Of a DNA stretch of 64,000 nt, positions 1-12,000 are shown in pieces. The translations under genes were made by a program, and so were the position numbers. Under the pieces are notes generated by a model that saw nothing but the letters and a program-made list of their open reading frames with translations, was not told the DNA's origin and did not search any database. How positions within the stretch are numbered: the first letter of the stretch is position 1; every line of letters begins with the position of its first letter. Source of the stretch: Candidatus Omnitrophota bacterium (GTDB lineage Bacteria > Omnitrophota > Gorgyraeia > Zapsychrales > JANLHA01); assembly GCA_038222225.1 (NCBI GenBank), contig JBBRHV010000006.1, positions 1,626-65,625 on the forward strand, read 5' to 3'.

Positions 1-2
1 AG

Positions 3-3000
3 TCTGATCAAAGGCCCAATTCTTCAGAGCCACTAGAAAACAATAAAGCGGTTGTTTCCAAGCTTCTGGCCGGGGTTGTGGTTCTGGTGAGCTTGGTATG
101 GCCGCTTGTTTTGTCCAAGGCCTTTGTATCAAAATATCTGGCGTTCACGCTTTGGGGCACATTGGGAGAAGGATATGTTTGGCAGCTCCTCACGTACAGT
201 TTTCTCCATACGAATCCTTTGCATTTGACCTTCAATGTGATCGCGTTTGTTTTCTTCGCGAATTTCATAGAGAGGGCAGTGGGGGTCAAAAGATTTTTGA
301 CTCTCTTTATCGGAGCAAGTGTTGCCGGAGCAGTCTTCCAGGTGCTGGCAATGGCCGCAAACAGTTTCACCTCGCCGGAATTAGCGGAGGCACTGGATAT
401 CACTCCTCTCATCGGACTCTCAGCAGTAGTAGCCGGGCTGATCGGAGCCTTCGGCGTTGTGCTGCGTGATCAGAAAGTGACATTCTTACTGTTGTTCATT
501 ATTCCGTTCCGCATCAAGGCGCAGCGGTTGGCGCAGATGTTGGTCACCGTCAGCATTGCGGCGATCATTTTCAATATAGTTCGCGGGGCCCAGGGCGGGA
601 TCGCCCACGGGGCGCACCTCGGCGGGCTTATTTTTGGTTGGGTTTATACGGAATATTTGCGGCGTGCAGGAAAGATCGATACGTTCATTATTGAAGAGGA
701 GAAACCCAAGGATCCTTCCGGAACCAACGCGGCGGTATTATCCAACTCAGATCCGGAAGGGGGAGTTGTTTCTTATCCGGCCCGTTCCAGCATCAGCGCT
801 GAAGAAAGGGAAGCAGCAAAACAGGGTACGGGCCCGGAAAATCTCAAGGGCTATGTCGTCAATTCACGGAAGATTCTGGGCGTTCCGGTTGAAGGTCTTG
901 AGATCAGTTATTCGGACCGCAGCGGACAAACAGTTGCTGAATATAAGCCGGGCCGTGTTGCCATTGATCTTTTGGGCCTTGGAGCCCGGGCGCCGCCGAT
1001 CGATCTCGAGCATTCTGCAAAATCCCGTCGCTTCCAGAGCATTATTCATGATGTTGTACGACAAATTATATTAGCTTCTCATTATTATGCCCTTTCAGAG
1101 AAAGATGTCCGTCAGGTTTCAGCCCGGCACTTTATCGGCCGGCAGCAAAAAGTTCAGAATTTTCTGGATCAGGAATTTAATCTTCGCGAATTCGGTCTGG
1201 TGTTTGATCCTGCCTATCTTGAGCTTTTAAGAAATTACCAGAGAATTGATCCTCAAATCGAAAGAATTAAAGAGCAGCTTGATCTCTTCAAGGGCGGGGC
1301 TGTGTCGTTTGAAGAGCTGTGTGAAGCTCTGGATGCGCGCGTTATTCTGAATGTGGCATCGCGTGCCTTATTTGAAGTGGGGAACAGTCCGTACCTGGTT
1401 AAAATTTACCGCGGCGGAACGCTGACGGCGAAGGCGTATGCCGCCGAAAAACAATTTTATAGAGAATATAACCCAACGGTCCAGCCGGAGCTGGTTTATT
1501 GTGATGACAATCTGCAGGCCTTGGTTGTGACGGATTTGAACCAGCTGGGATTGGTGCGCATGTTTGATTTTATTCAAGGGCCGTTCATTACGGAAGAATT
1601 GTTGGGTTGTTCGATTTCTTCCATGGCCCATGCCTTGGCGCAGCTGCATAGCAGCGCTGACGTGGCCTCGCAAACCGGTGAGCGGAAATTTGCTGAACTC
1701 AGGCATGAAGTGGACCGGGCGGTGGAGGTCTTAAGAGCGGCCGGGTTCCAAGGCCTTCCCGATGGAAAGAGCCTGGAGGATTTTCTTGCGCGATTCCAAG
1801 ATTCAGTAGTCGGAGAAAATGAACGATTGGTTCACGGCGATTATCTGATGTGGAATATTTTTGTTGACCCGGCAAGCGGAGAGGTGCGGGCCCTCATTGA
1901 CGGTGAGATGAGCGGTCTTGATTCTGCCGCTAAAGAGATGGCGAACACGATCCTGGGATTGATCGATGCCCGCAAGAATCATCCGTTCTTAATCAGTCAA
2001 ACTGCGGAGATGTTACGGTCGTTTTGGAGAGAATATATCCGGGAGACGAAAGACATTACCGGGCAGGAGATTTCTCCGGCGTTTGAGACTCGGGTCCATT
2101 TTTATTGCGCGGTCCAGTTGCTGATTGGCGCCAGAGTTGCGCATGAGAAATGGGCTAAATGGGCCCATTTCAGAATTGAGATGGCCAGGTTTTTCCTTAA
2201 TCAGGAAGCATTTTCATTGGAAGCTTTCATTGAGTTTTTGAATCATAATATTGGCAAACAACCGATCGGTTGGGTCGGGAATTTTGATGTTGCGACTCAG
2301 CACGGGCAGAGGCCGGGCTCGGGCGTTGAGATAATGATTGATGAAACAGGTTGGGCTGATTTCTTTGCCGAGGTTTGGGTTCCAGGAAACATCGGGGATC
2401 CGATTTTTGCATTGGGTATCGGAGCGGAATTACGTGTGACAAACAGAGACACCGGCGTTGTTTCGATTTGGAGGCCAGTGGAATTTTGTCATTTTGCGGG
2501 GAATAATTATCAATTTAGAGGAAGCGTGTTTTATCTCCAGGCGGGATCGTATGATGTGGAACCATCCTTCTCAGCGGATATGGGAGAAACGTGGTTTATT
2601 CCGCAACTCCCTTATGGCCCGTGTCATCTGACAGTGACAAAAGCATTGTCTGGGGAAGCGCCTTCAGAAAAGATAGTGAGTGTGGTCTTTTCTGACCTTC
2701 ACGGTGAGTTGAATGGTTTCCGTTCAGCGCTTGTAAAGCTCGGTATGATTTTACCGCAAAATAACCCGATGGAAGATATTTGGATTTCTCAAGATGTGAC
2801 GGTGGTTGTGGATGGAGATATCATGGATCGTGGTTTGCGACAGAAAGAGTTATACCACTATATCTGCCATCTCATGTTGACCGCCGAAGAAAGCCGTAAT
2901 CGGGTCATCTTTATCTTAGGAAATCATGAGCTGCTTCATCTTCAGGGGACTCCGGATGATTGGACAGCTCATGCGCTTACAGAAGTGATTAGAGAAGGTA

Positions 3001-6000
3001 TTCTTCGAGGAGATATTGTGGCAGCCGCGTATCTAGGTGGGCGTCTGATAGTTCATGCGGGAATTTTACCTTTTATTACCATGGATTTGATAAAGACATT
3101 ACGCCCAGGATTTTTGACTGTCGTTGCCCATCGGTCAGGAAAGTTCGTAAAGGATCTTACCGCGGTTGAAGTTGCCATCGAATTGAATAAAACACATAGC
3201 GTTCTTTCTGCTGACTCTATCGTGAATGAATTCAATCGGAGATTGCGGTTGGCGGTTGAGAAAGGCGATTATTCTGACGTTATTTTCCAGAGAGGGAACG
3301 CTCATTTTGGCGAGAACAAAAGGCCTGGAGAGTCGGGATATATACCCGGAGGCATATTCTGGGCAGACTATGAAAACGAATTGCGGCTGGTTGACCCGCG
3401 TGCGCTTATAGCGCAGATCGGAGGACATAGGGAGGGGAATGCGCTCCGTTGGACAAAGGGAGCCAGGGCTGTGAACGTCAATCTTTGTTATAAAGAGGGA
3501 TTTGGACGCAGCTCCGGAGTCGCTGTGTTTGATGGACAAAACTGGAAAGCTGTTTATTTTGATGGCCGGCCCATGCAAATTATTCCTGCTGTTATGGAGC
3601 GTGCTGTAAAACGACAGACAACAAATTCGGCAGCAGGTCAAGGCGGAACCAACGCGGCTGTTCTTGAGGGTGCGCCTTTTGAAGAACCGGAAACGGGTCG
3701 GATGAGCAGGCGAAGCATGCTGAAAATGCTGGCGCTGGCAGGAGCAAGCTTGCCGTTCATGACAACGACTGCTTTTGCTGATGAACCGACGGTTGATGAA
3801 GTTTTGACGGAACTTTTGAGCACTCAAACAGCGCATGGCCTCATTAAGAGTTTCAAGGGCACAACCGATACCTTCATGCAGAATCAGGCCGTGACCTATG
3901 ATCAGGCAGCCGCCGGGATCGCAGCTCTTGCGGCCGGAAGGACGGCGGAAGCGGTCAGGATTTTTAATTTCTTTTATAACCAGCATAATGGAGGAGATCC
4001 TGTCTGGAACGGGTTTGTGAATATGTATGATGCGACCCGCGGGGTCAAGGGCAACGAGCGCACGATCCACACAGGCCCGAACATCTGGATGGCGATGTTC
4101 AGCCTTCATCTTTATATGGCAAGCAGCGGTCAACAGGCCACGAAGGCCTTGACCCTTGCCAAAGCGCTCATGCAGTGGGCCAGGGGTTTGAATCATCGCG
4201 ATGGAGCGGTTGCCCTTGGACCGGTCCCCAATAATAATATTTTCTCAACAGAACATAACCTTGATTATTTCGCCTTCCTTAAAGGAATACAGTCGTTTTT
4301 GTCCGCGGCAGAAGCGGCGATCGTTCAAGCAGAAATGGACGGGGTTGGAACATGGTTAAAGACACATGCTTATGACCCGGCCAGAAGATTGTTCAAACGC
4401 GGAGCATATGAAAACCCGGTTGTCTATGCTACAGATACGTCAAGCTTTGCATTTTTATTGGGATCGCAGGTTCTGGAAGATTGGGGCATTGTTCGCTCAA
4501 CATTCATCGGCCAGTCCGATGCTGCCTATCGTGTCGGGACACGCGGTTTTGATGTGGCGAGTGTCGAGAACGCCAATTGGACCCCGCGTTCACGTTATGT
4601 CTTCAGAGAGTTTACTCTTCAGATGGCGGTAGGATTTTTGGTGATGGCTGATGATGAACACGATCGAGGCAATTTCACGCTGGAAAAAACGTATCGTGAT
4701 AAGGCTCAGCTCTATGCTTCTCAATCTGGCATAGATGGTGATTATCAATATTGTGAACAGACCGGGGTTCAGCTCTTTTATGATATTCCGAGCTGGAAAA
4801 CAATTAATGGTCAGTCGGCTTCGGTCATGGCCTGGAAGATATTTGCACTTCTCGGTTTCAACCCGTTTGGATTTGTTACAAAGGTGCGGCTGTCCGTCAG
4901 GCGTCTGGCGGCAACTGGAAATATGGAGTTGACTTTGCGCAAGGAAAGTATGGCGTCGCTCACTGCCGAGATTCTTTATTCAGATGACCTGGGAGATCAG
5001 AAAGAATGGAAGAGCGCCGGTTCAGTGGATTTGAGCGGCCTAAGGGCGGTTTGGGTCGATAACGGTTCTCAGACCACAACACATCCGTCGCAAAGCTCAA
5101 GGAGATTCTACCGAGTCTCGGCTGTAAATTCGTCTGTCCAGGGATTGGGCGCAGTCCATCAGGAGTCTAACGGTTTAGTGCCAGAGACGGTATTAATTGG
5201 GTCAAGCGCAGAGTATGGTCAAGAGTTCAAAGATGCGAATGCAGCAGTTTTGCAGGGGAAATTTGTTCAGACAGTGAAGACCAAAGGATCTGGGCTTAAT
5301 CGCTTTGACCTCGGGCGTTGGGGACGCGGGGCACTGCATTCAGTTCTTGCGCTAACACTGCTCACATCCGGTTGTGAGAAAAAAGAGGATACCCAGGGAG
5401 ATGCGTTGTCGGGAGTCGCGGTTCAGCCTGTTGATAGGAGCGCATTGGAGAACAGGATCAAGGAAGAGGTCCGGAAACTAGAGTATTCTGACAAGAACGC
5501 GGAGGATTTTGTAACGATGCTACGTCAATGGAAGAATGCTCAAGGCCAACCGGTTCTTACTGCGTGGGAGCAGAGCATTCTTAATGCCCGGAAACAATAT
5601 GAGCAGGGAGCCATGACAGCCGATCAGTTGGCCGGGATCGAAGCCGGGGTTGTTGGAGAAGTTGCGATGAGGATCGCTGAAGAATTTTCCGCGAATAATA
5701 ATGCTTTTGAATTGACCGATCTGATTGAAAAGAAACAGTCACAGTGTGTCAGCAGGTCAATGGCGGTAGCTATCGTCGGGAATGTACTTGGATTTAAGGT
5801 TGACTTTCTTGATGTTGATGCCAAGGAGATCAGGGCGATTGACGTTCCATTGGCGGAAAGAACTGTGGCGCATGCGGCCACCCTTGTACATTTGACCGGC
5901 GGGACCGTGATCATCGCCGATTCAGCGCTACGGTTTGTAAGCCGGCCGTTTTTAATGGAAGAAACCTACGCCGCAGTCGGGAACTATTGGGAACTTAAGA

Positions 6001-9000
6001 ACAGGAACGAACCGTTGTTGCTGCATGGACGAATCAGGAAGGCGTCTCTTTTAGCAGAGATTTATAACAATCGAGGCAACGCCTATGGAAGAGCCGGTCG
6101 TTATGAGGAAGCCTTCGCGCTGATGGCGAAAGCGATGGAAATCGATCCGGCATTGGCTGCAGCTTATTACAATCGGGGAGTTCAATATCAGGATCTAGGC
6201 CGGGTAGCCGAGGCAGTGGCGGACTATACAAAAGCGATCGAGCTTGATCCAAGAGATGCTGCTCCATATTGCAATCGGGGGAATATTTACAATACCGCAG
6301 GACGGGATGCTGAGGCTGTTGCTGATTATACGAAGGCCATTGAGCTTGATCCGCAATTAGCAGTGGTGTATTTCAATCGGGGAAATATTTATGGCAGATC
6401 AGATCGGCCAGAGGAGGCGATTGCGGATTTGACGAAAGTGATCGGGCTGAATCCGGAAGATGCCCAGGCTTATTACAGGCGGGCAGTGATTTACGGAAGA
6501 GTCGGTCAGTTAGAGAGCGCCAAAGCAGATCTCTTAAAGGTGCTGAATTTAAGTTCGGATGAAAAGCAAAAAGAACAGATCAAAGCTGCTGTTCGCAAGA
6601 TTGATGACATGCTTAAAGAAATGCCTAAGAAGAGCGCATCATCCAGCCACTCTGTTAAAAACGCTGAAACCAACGCAGCGATCCTTTATCCGTCACGCTT
6701 GGTGCCTGGACAAACGCCGGACTGGGCAATAAAATTCAGAACGACGTTGCCTAGCGATTTTGTTGAGGCGGCCGAGTCAGAGGATGGAGAGCAGGGCGTT
6801 GACAAGGTCATGTCGCTGGGGATTTGCCAGGATTCGCCGGACGTCTCGGAGCTTTTATCAAGATTTTATCGAGGATTGATGGAGAATAGCAACCCATCCG
6901 AGGTCCGCAGTCATTTGATTTATGACACGTGGTTAAAACTTAAAGAGAAGAAGATGGATGAATGGAACGCGACATTGGCGGTGTGGTTTACGTATGTGGT
7001 CTTTCAAAAAGCTTTAAGCATAGAAGCAAAACGATTAGCACAAAAGAATGCTCCGGCGCCTTCTGTTGAGGCATCCACAGAAGTCGCTACAGAACCATCT
7101 TCAAAAGGGCAGGAAGAAGGGGCGTCTGCCCGGGAAGATGAGCGTTACTTGGGGATTGTGATCGAGGTGGAAGGGTTTGGCCAGGTCACACTGACCGAAC
7201 GCATCGCCCGAAACAGCCGGACGCTTCTTTTTAAGACGAATCACCCTGGGCTTTTGATCAAACTTTTTGATCTGAACCACACCAGCATCGCCGGAGCCTT
7301 TGATCCGGTGATCGTCCAGAATTTTGAATTGGAACGCAATAATTTTGTCGAGGTCGCGAAGATCGATGAGCTGAGGCCGTATATTCCGCATTATTATCAG
7401 AGCGGCATCATCAAAGAGAGCAAGTACGCTTTCATCGCCATGGAATACATTGAAGGCACGGACTTAAAGAGCTGGCGGGAACAGGTTATTAACGGACGCA
7501 GTGAAAAGACTTTGACCGCCATTGAGTTCTGGCAGATGATGTCCCAGGCGATGAGCATTTTAAGAATATTCCACAAGTATGACCTGATCTTTTCTGATTA
7601 TAAACTTGAGAATATTCTAAGGCTGGCAGACGGACGTCTGAGGTTCGTTGATCTGGGAAGTGTTTTCCTTATTCATGGCTCGATCAAACCGCAGGATTTT
7701 CCGTATTCAGCAACAATGGAGGATTCGGAAGTTTTTGAAAACGCTGTCACTTTGAAGAACGGAAAGCCGCTGGCGAAAATTTCCGATATCTTCTGTGTGG
7801 GTGTGAGCCTGTTTGAATTCGCCACAGGCCAGGACCGTTTGACGCTGAGTCGTGAATATGCGGATATGCTTTTGACTCATTTACGCGTTATCAACCCGCG
7901 GATGTCTGAAACCCGGCTGTATTTTAATTATTATCCTCATCTTAAGGGAAAATTACCGACGCTGGAAGATCAGCTGCGTGAAGGATACGTCTTTTTTGCT
8001 GATTTTTGGCATTTGCTGCACGAAGTTCTTAAATATACCCAAGACGGTTATGAAGACATGGGACAGGCTGAAAAGGATGTTGTCCTGTTGTCGGCGGGGA
8101 TCGATTTTATCCGTAAGCAGCTTGGGCCTCTGGGCTGGGTGGCAGAGCCTGTTGCCCGGGCGACAGTTCTTAGACGCGTCCGGGTTGACAGTATTCATGA
8201 TCTGCTTTTGACGTTCCACAGCCCCTTGGGAGCGGAGGTCGTTGATGACCTTCGCCGTCACAACTGTTTTGTTGGTTGTGCTGAATCACAGTTCGGACAG
8301 CAGGGTTTCGTGGAACAGATGAGCACTTGGGACGTGCGTCTGAATTCGCACACTCAGCATTGGGCGGTCCAGGCGCCGGTCGCATTCAGGCATGATACAC
8401 AAGAAGCCGGTGCGTTGTTCTTGCAGCAGACCTACACGGATGAGGATGGCCATCGGTATTATCACATCACAAGCATGGAGGAGGCGGATGAATTGCCGAA
8501 CGGGGAAAAATTGACCCTGGCGCATTTGGAGGATGATCCGTACGCTTGGCTGGGAGCTCCATCGCAGGAAGATAATCAGGGTGGAAACTCTAAGAAAAAG
8601 CCTGTTCCAGCTCCTGAGAAAGAAAAGATAGTCATTGCGGGTAACGAAAGTGAGAAGCAGAAGAAAAAAACCAAAAGAAAATCCAGGAGGCAAAAGCTTC
8701 CAAAACCGACGACACGAGAGGAGGCCATCGCGTTGCTGATCCAAGCGGCCGGACGTGTTCCTTCGAACATTGCAAAAACCCCGCATCTTGTGGCCGACTT
8801 TTCACGCGGAGAGTTGACCGCAGCCAAGATCAAGAGCATGGCAAGGCAATGGGGGATTACGGGATATGATGTGCCGATCTCGAATTTGCCTTTTAGAGCG
8901 TATTCACGGAATGCTTCTTCAGACGAGCAAACAAATTCCTCTGTTCTGAACGAAGATATTTCAAAAACCGGACCTCCGCAGGGCTTTATTCATGTGGATG

Positions 9001-12000
9001 TCCATCCGGAAATTTGTTCGTTTAACGCCCTTGCTGAAGTTCAGCATCAATTTGGGGAGCTCACCACCATTGTTGTTGTTTATAGACGAGCCGCCGCTCT
9101 TCTTCAAAGGAAGCCGGTTTATGCCTCGCGTGAAAATGATATCATCATTCATTCCGACGGGATTATTTCTCAGGATCAGCTTATTTCGAAAATAAAAGGC
9201 CCTATCGCGCGCCTGTTGGTAACCGGCAATGAATTTGAAAGCTGTGTTGCCCGGGCTGTTTTTTCCATCAGAGAATTTATGCGGGATCAATATTCTGCCG
9301 GGTTTGTCTTGGATGTTCATTTTCCGATGGATTTGATCGTTGCCAATCGTCATGACTATCGCGATGGGGGATATCAAAAGATGATCGCGAATATAAAAGG
9401 CGGGGACTTTTTCTACAGCTATAAATTTCAAGCCCGTCGGATTGCCTATGACATCTATGATGGAACCGAACTGATCTGCCCTTGTGGGGAGGGAAGCGAA
9501 AATATTTCCAATCTTTATGTATGGCCATCTTTACAGAGCATGAAAGATGAATTAAGCCGAGGAACCGGCGGGACCAACGGGGCTGTTCTTGAATCAGGAG
9601 AGGGCGGCGCCTACAAGGAATTGATTTGTCGGTTTGACATGAAAGAAGATTATGAGGCGGATGATTGGAAGGAATCACGGGTTCTTAAGCGCGTGGCACT
9701 TATGAAACAGATCAGGTTGGGTTGGAAATATCCTCAGATGGGAGAACCGTCGGAACAATGGCTCAATGAGCTGAGAGAACTCGTTCTTCATCGTCTTTGG
9801 ACAAAGCTTCAAAAAGCACATCGTGGAGACATGTTTTTCCCTCAAGACATGGTTTCTCTCAATCGGTCGCTGAATCAGCCGTTTGTTTTTATCGTCGATG
9901 AACTTTTAAAGAACGCCCTTGATGCCCAGGCCTTGGCAGGGCAAAGCGGAAATGTCCATCTTGCGAGATCGTTGCAAGGCGGAACATTCGTGATGGCGGT
10001 TTCTGATAACGGAATCGGCGTCCGTCGCCCATTCTTAGGCTCAGAGCAGCTGGCTTGTATTGAGTCTTTGGCAGATCAGCAGAAGAGACGTAATACTCGT
10101 TTGGAAGCAAGTGATGGGGCTGGATTGATCTGGGTTCAGTATCTGGTCGCCATGCGGGGAGGTAAGCTTGAAGTCGAATCTCCCGGTCGCAATGAAGCCA
10201 GGACTACGGTTGTTGTGTCCTTGCCGGCGGATGCGTTAACGGTCATTGACAAGACGGGCTTAGGTTCTCAGACAAATGCTGCAGTCCTTCAAAAGAGAGA
10301 AGATGTCGCTACGCGGTTTATTTTTAGGTTAGCTGATCATTATGGTCTTTCTTCCACTTGTGATCCGCAGGAGATCCTTCAGGTTCTTCGTGCCAGGGGA
10401 ATCTTGAGTTCAGGGGAAGAAAGGGCGTTTGTCAGATATAGAAAAATTTTAAAACAGATGTATCCGGAGCTGAGCCTTGGGCAGGCTGAAGCACGCTGGA
10501 CGGAGGGCTACACATTTTTCGGGAATAATTCTTCTGAGGATTGGGAGCTTTCCGGACTGACGGAAGATTTTACGGTCATGGTTAAGAAACACATCGAAGG
10601 GATCCGGGCCGTTGAACACACCGATCATCCTGCGGATCAGGGCTGGTGGAAGGAAGATGGGCTGAAAATAAGAGTGATCCGGATTACGGATAGTCTTGAT
10701 TTAAAGGCGGCGTTACCGAACGAAAAAACAGAAAACCTGCCGCTGTCATCTGATGATGAAAACGGTTCACTGCACCTCTTTGAGTTTTTGTTCAAGAAGA
10801 TCTTTATTGAGCCAAAATATTTTGGCCTGGTAGCTTTCAAAGAAGGAAGGCCTGTTGGTGTATATGGGGTTTTTGTTTTAAATGATTGGAGAACGATCTC
10901 TGGGCGCGGATTATATGTCGTTCCATGGGAAAGGTATAAGAAAACAAATATCGGGTGGATGCTGGTCTCAAGGATGGCGGAATTGTTCGCGCTCAATGGC
11001 TATAAGTATCTTTATATCCCTGTGGCCAACCGTCCGTCGGCGCAGAAATTTTTTGAGAACGTGTCGGACAATACTGGACGCTTCCAGTTTTTCACAGAAA
11101 CAAAACGGAACGATGACGGAAAAATTCAAAAGGTTGCTGTGAAGCTGCAGGAAAGGTTCACTCCGGTTCAATGGGACATTGATCTTAAGCGTCAGATCGG
11201 CCAAGTCAACAGCGCGGTATTAAATACGAGCCTGTTGCAGCAGGTCCAAAATATGGAGGCAATGTTTAAAGCCTATGAATCGATTCTTAGTGACCATGGC
11301 CGACAGATACACGAGAGAGTTCGAGTGGTTTTAAGAGCAGCTTCTCAAGGCGTGATGAATGCAGAGCAGCAAAAAGAAGTTCGGGCGCTCGTGGCGTTGA
11401 TGCCTGATCCGCAGCATATTGATATTGAATCCGGCGGAGAAAAGAATTGGATCCGTTGGTTTGATTTAAGCCCGGAAAGACTGGGCGCATCTTTAGATCA
11501 AAGCATTGCCGATGGATGTGCGTGGCCGTGCCTGCATTGTGCGGCGTACAATGGCCATGCCAAAACAGTGATGGAGCCGCTTCCTGTTGTGATCGCAAAA
11601 ATTTTAAGCAGAACACAAACGGATATTATTTATCCATTCCAGTTCGATCTGATTTCTTGGCGGGATCTTTTCTTTGGAGTCGGCATTTCGGGATTAGCAG
11701 AGTTTATATCACGGTATAACCCGCAATATCAATTACGGTCATTGCCGACACGAGGTTGGGATAGCGATGATGCCTTTGTTCAGAACGAAGCCCTGCATCT
11801 TGCGCAGCTTAAAATCGCTAGTGGTATGTTCATTCTTTCATTCCATCTGTGCCATCAGCGGTATGACATCTTGCCGGCTATTGCGCAGGCGGTCAGGAAC
11901 GGAGACCGTGCAGAACTCGATGCACTGATCGATGTTTATGCAGCACGTTATGCGAATGTGATCGCTACGTTAAGTCCTGCGCTTGATCGGGTCAGCGTAT

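Noticed and set aside
78-80. GTG at 78 as the start codon of the giant ORF, as implied by the ORF track
   Set aside because: The frame is open back to nt 3. The GTG lies in the middle of a hydrophobic helix that the rhomboid fold needs as TM1, and no RBS precedes it. I treat the CDS as 5' partial.
723-740. Junction as intein, 2A-like ribosome-skipping peptide or sortase/LPXTG site
   Set aside because: Six residues are far too short for an intein, and no intein splicing blocks flank it. The D(V/I)ExNPGP 2A consensus is absent, and there is no LPXTG/NPQTN pattern. Asn-mediated self-cleavage is kept only as one hypothesis.
858-878. VNSRKIL (858-878) and INSQMAGSV (~20445) as additional junctions
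   Set aside because: They match only with insertions or substitutions at the small-residue positions. I did not count them, though they could be decayed junctions.
3135-4196. Antisense and out-of-frame ORFs inside the giant ORF (e.g. 3135-4196 minus 353 aa, 48030-48734 minus 234 aa, 28440-29078 minus 212 aa, 98-469 plus)
   Set aside because: Their translations are low-complexity and Arg/Pro/Ser-rich with no recognisable motifs, and they overlap a frame full of bona fide catalytic motifs. They are typical shadow ORFs of a long coding region.
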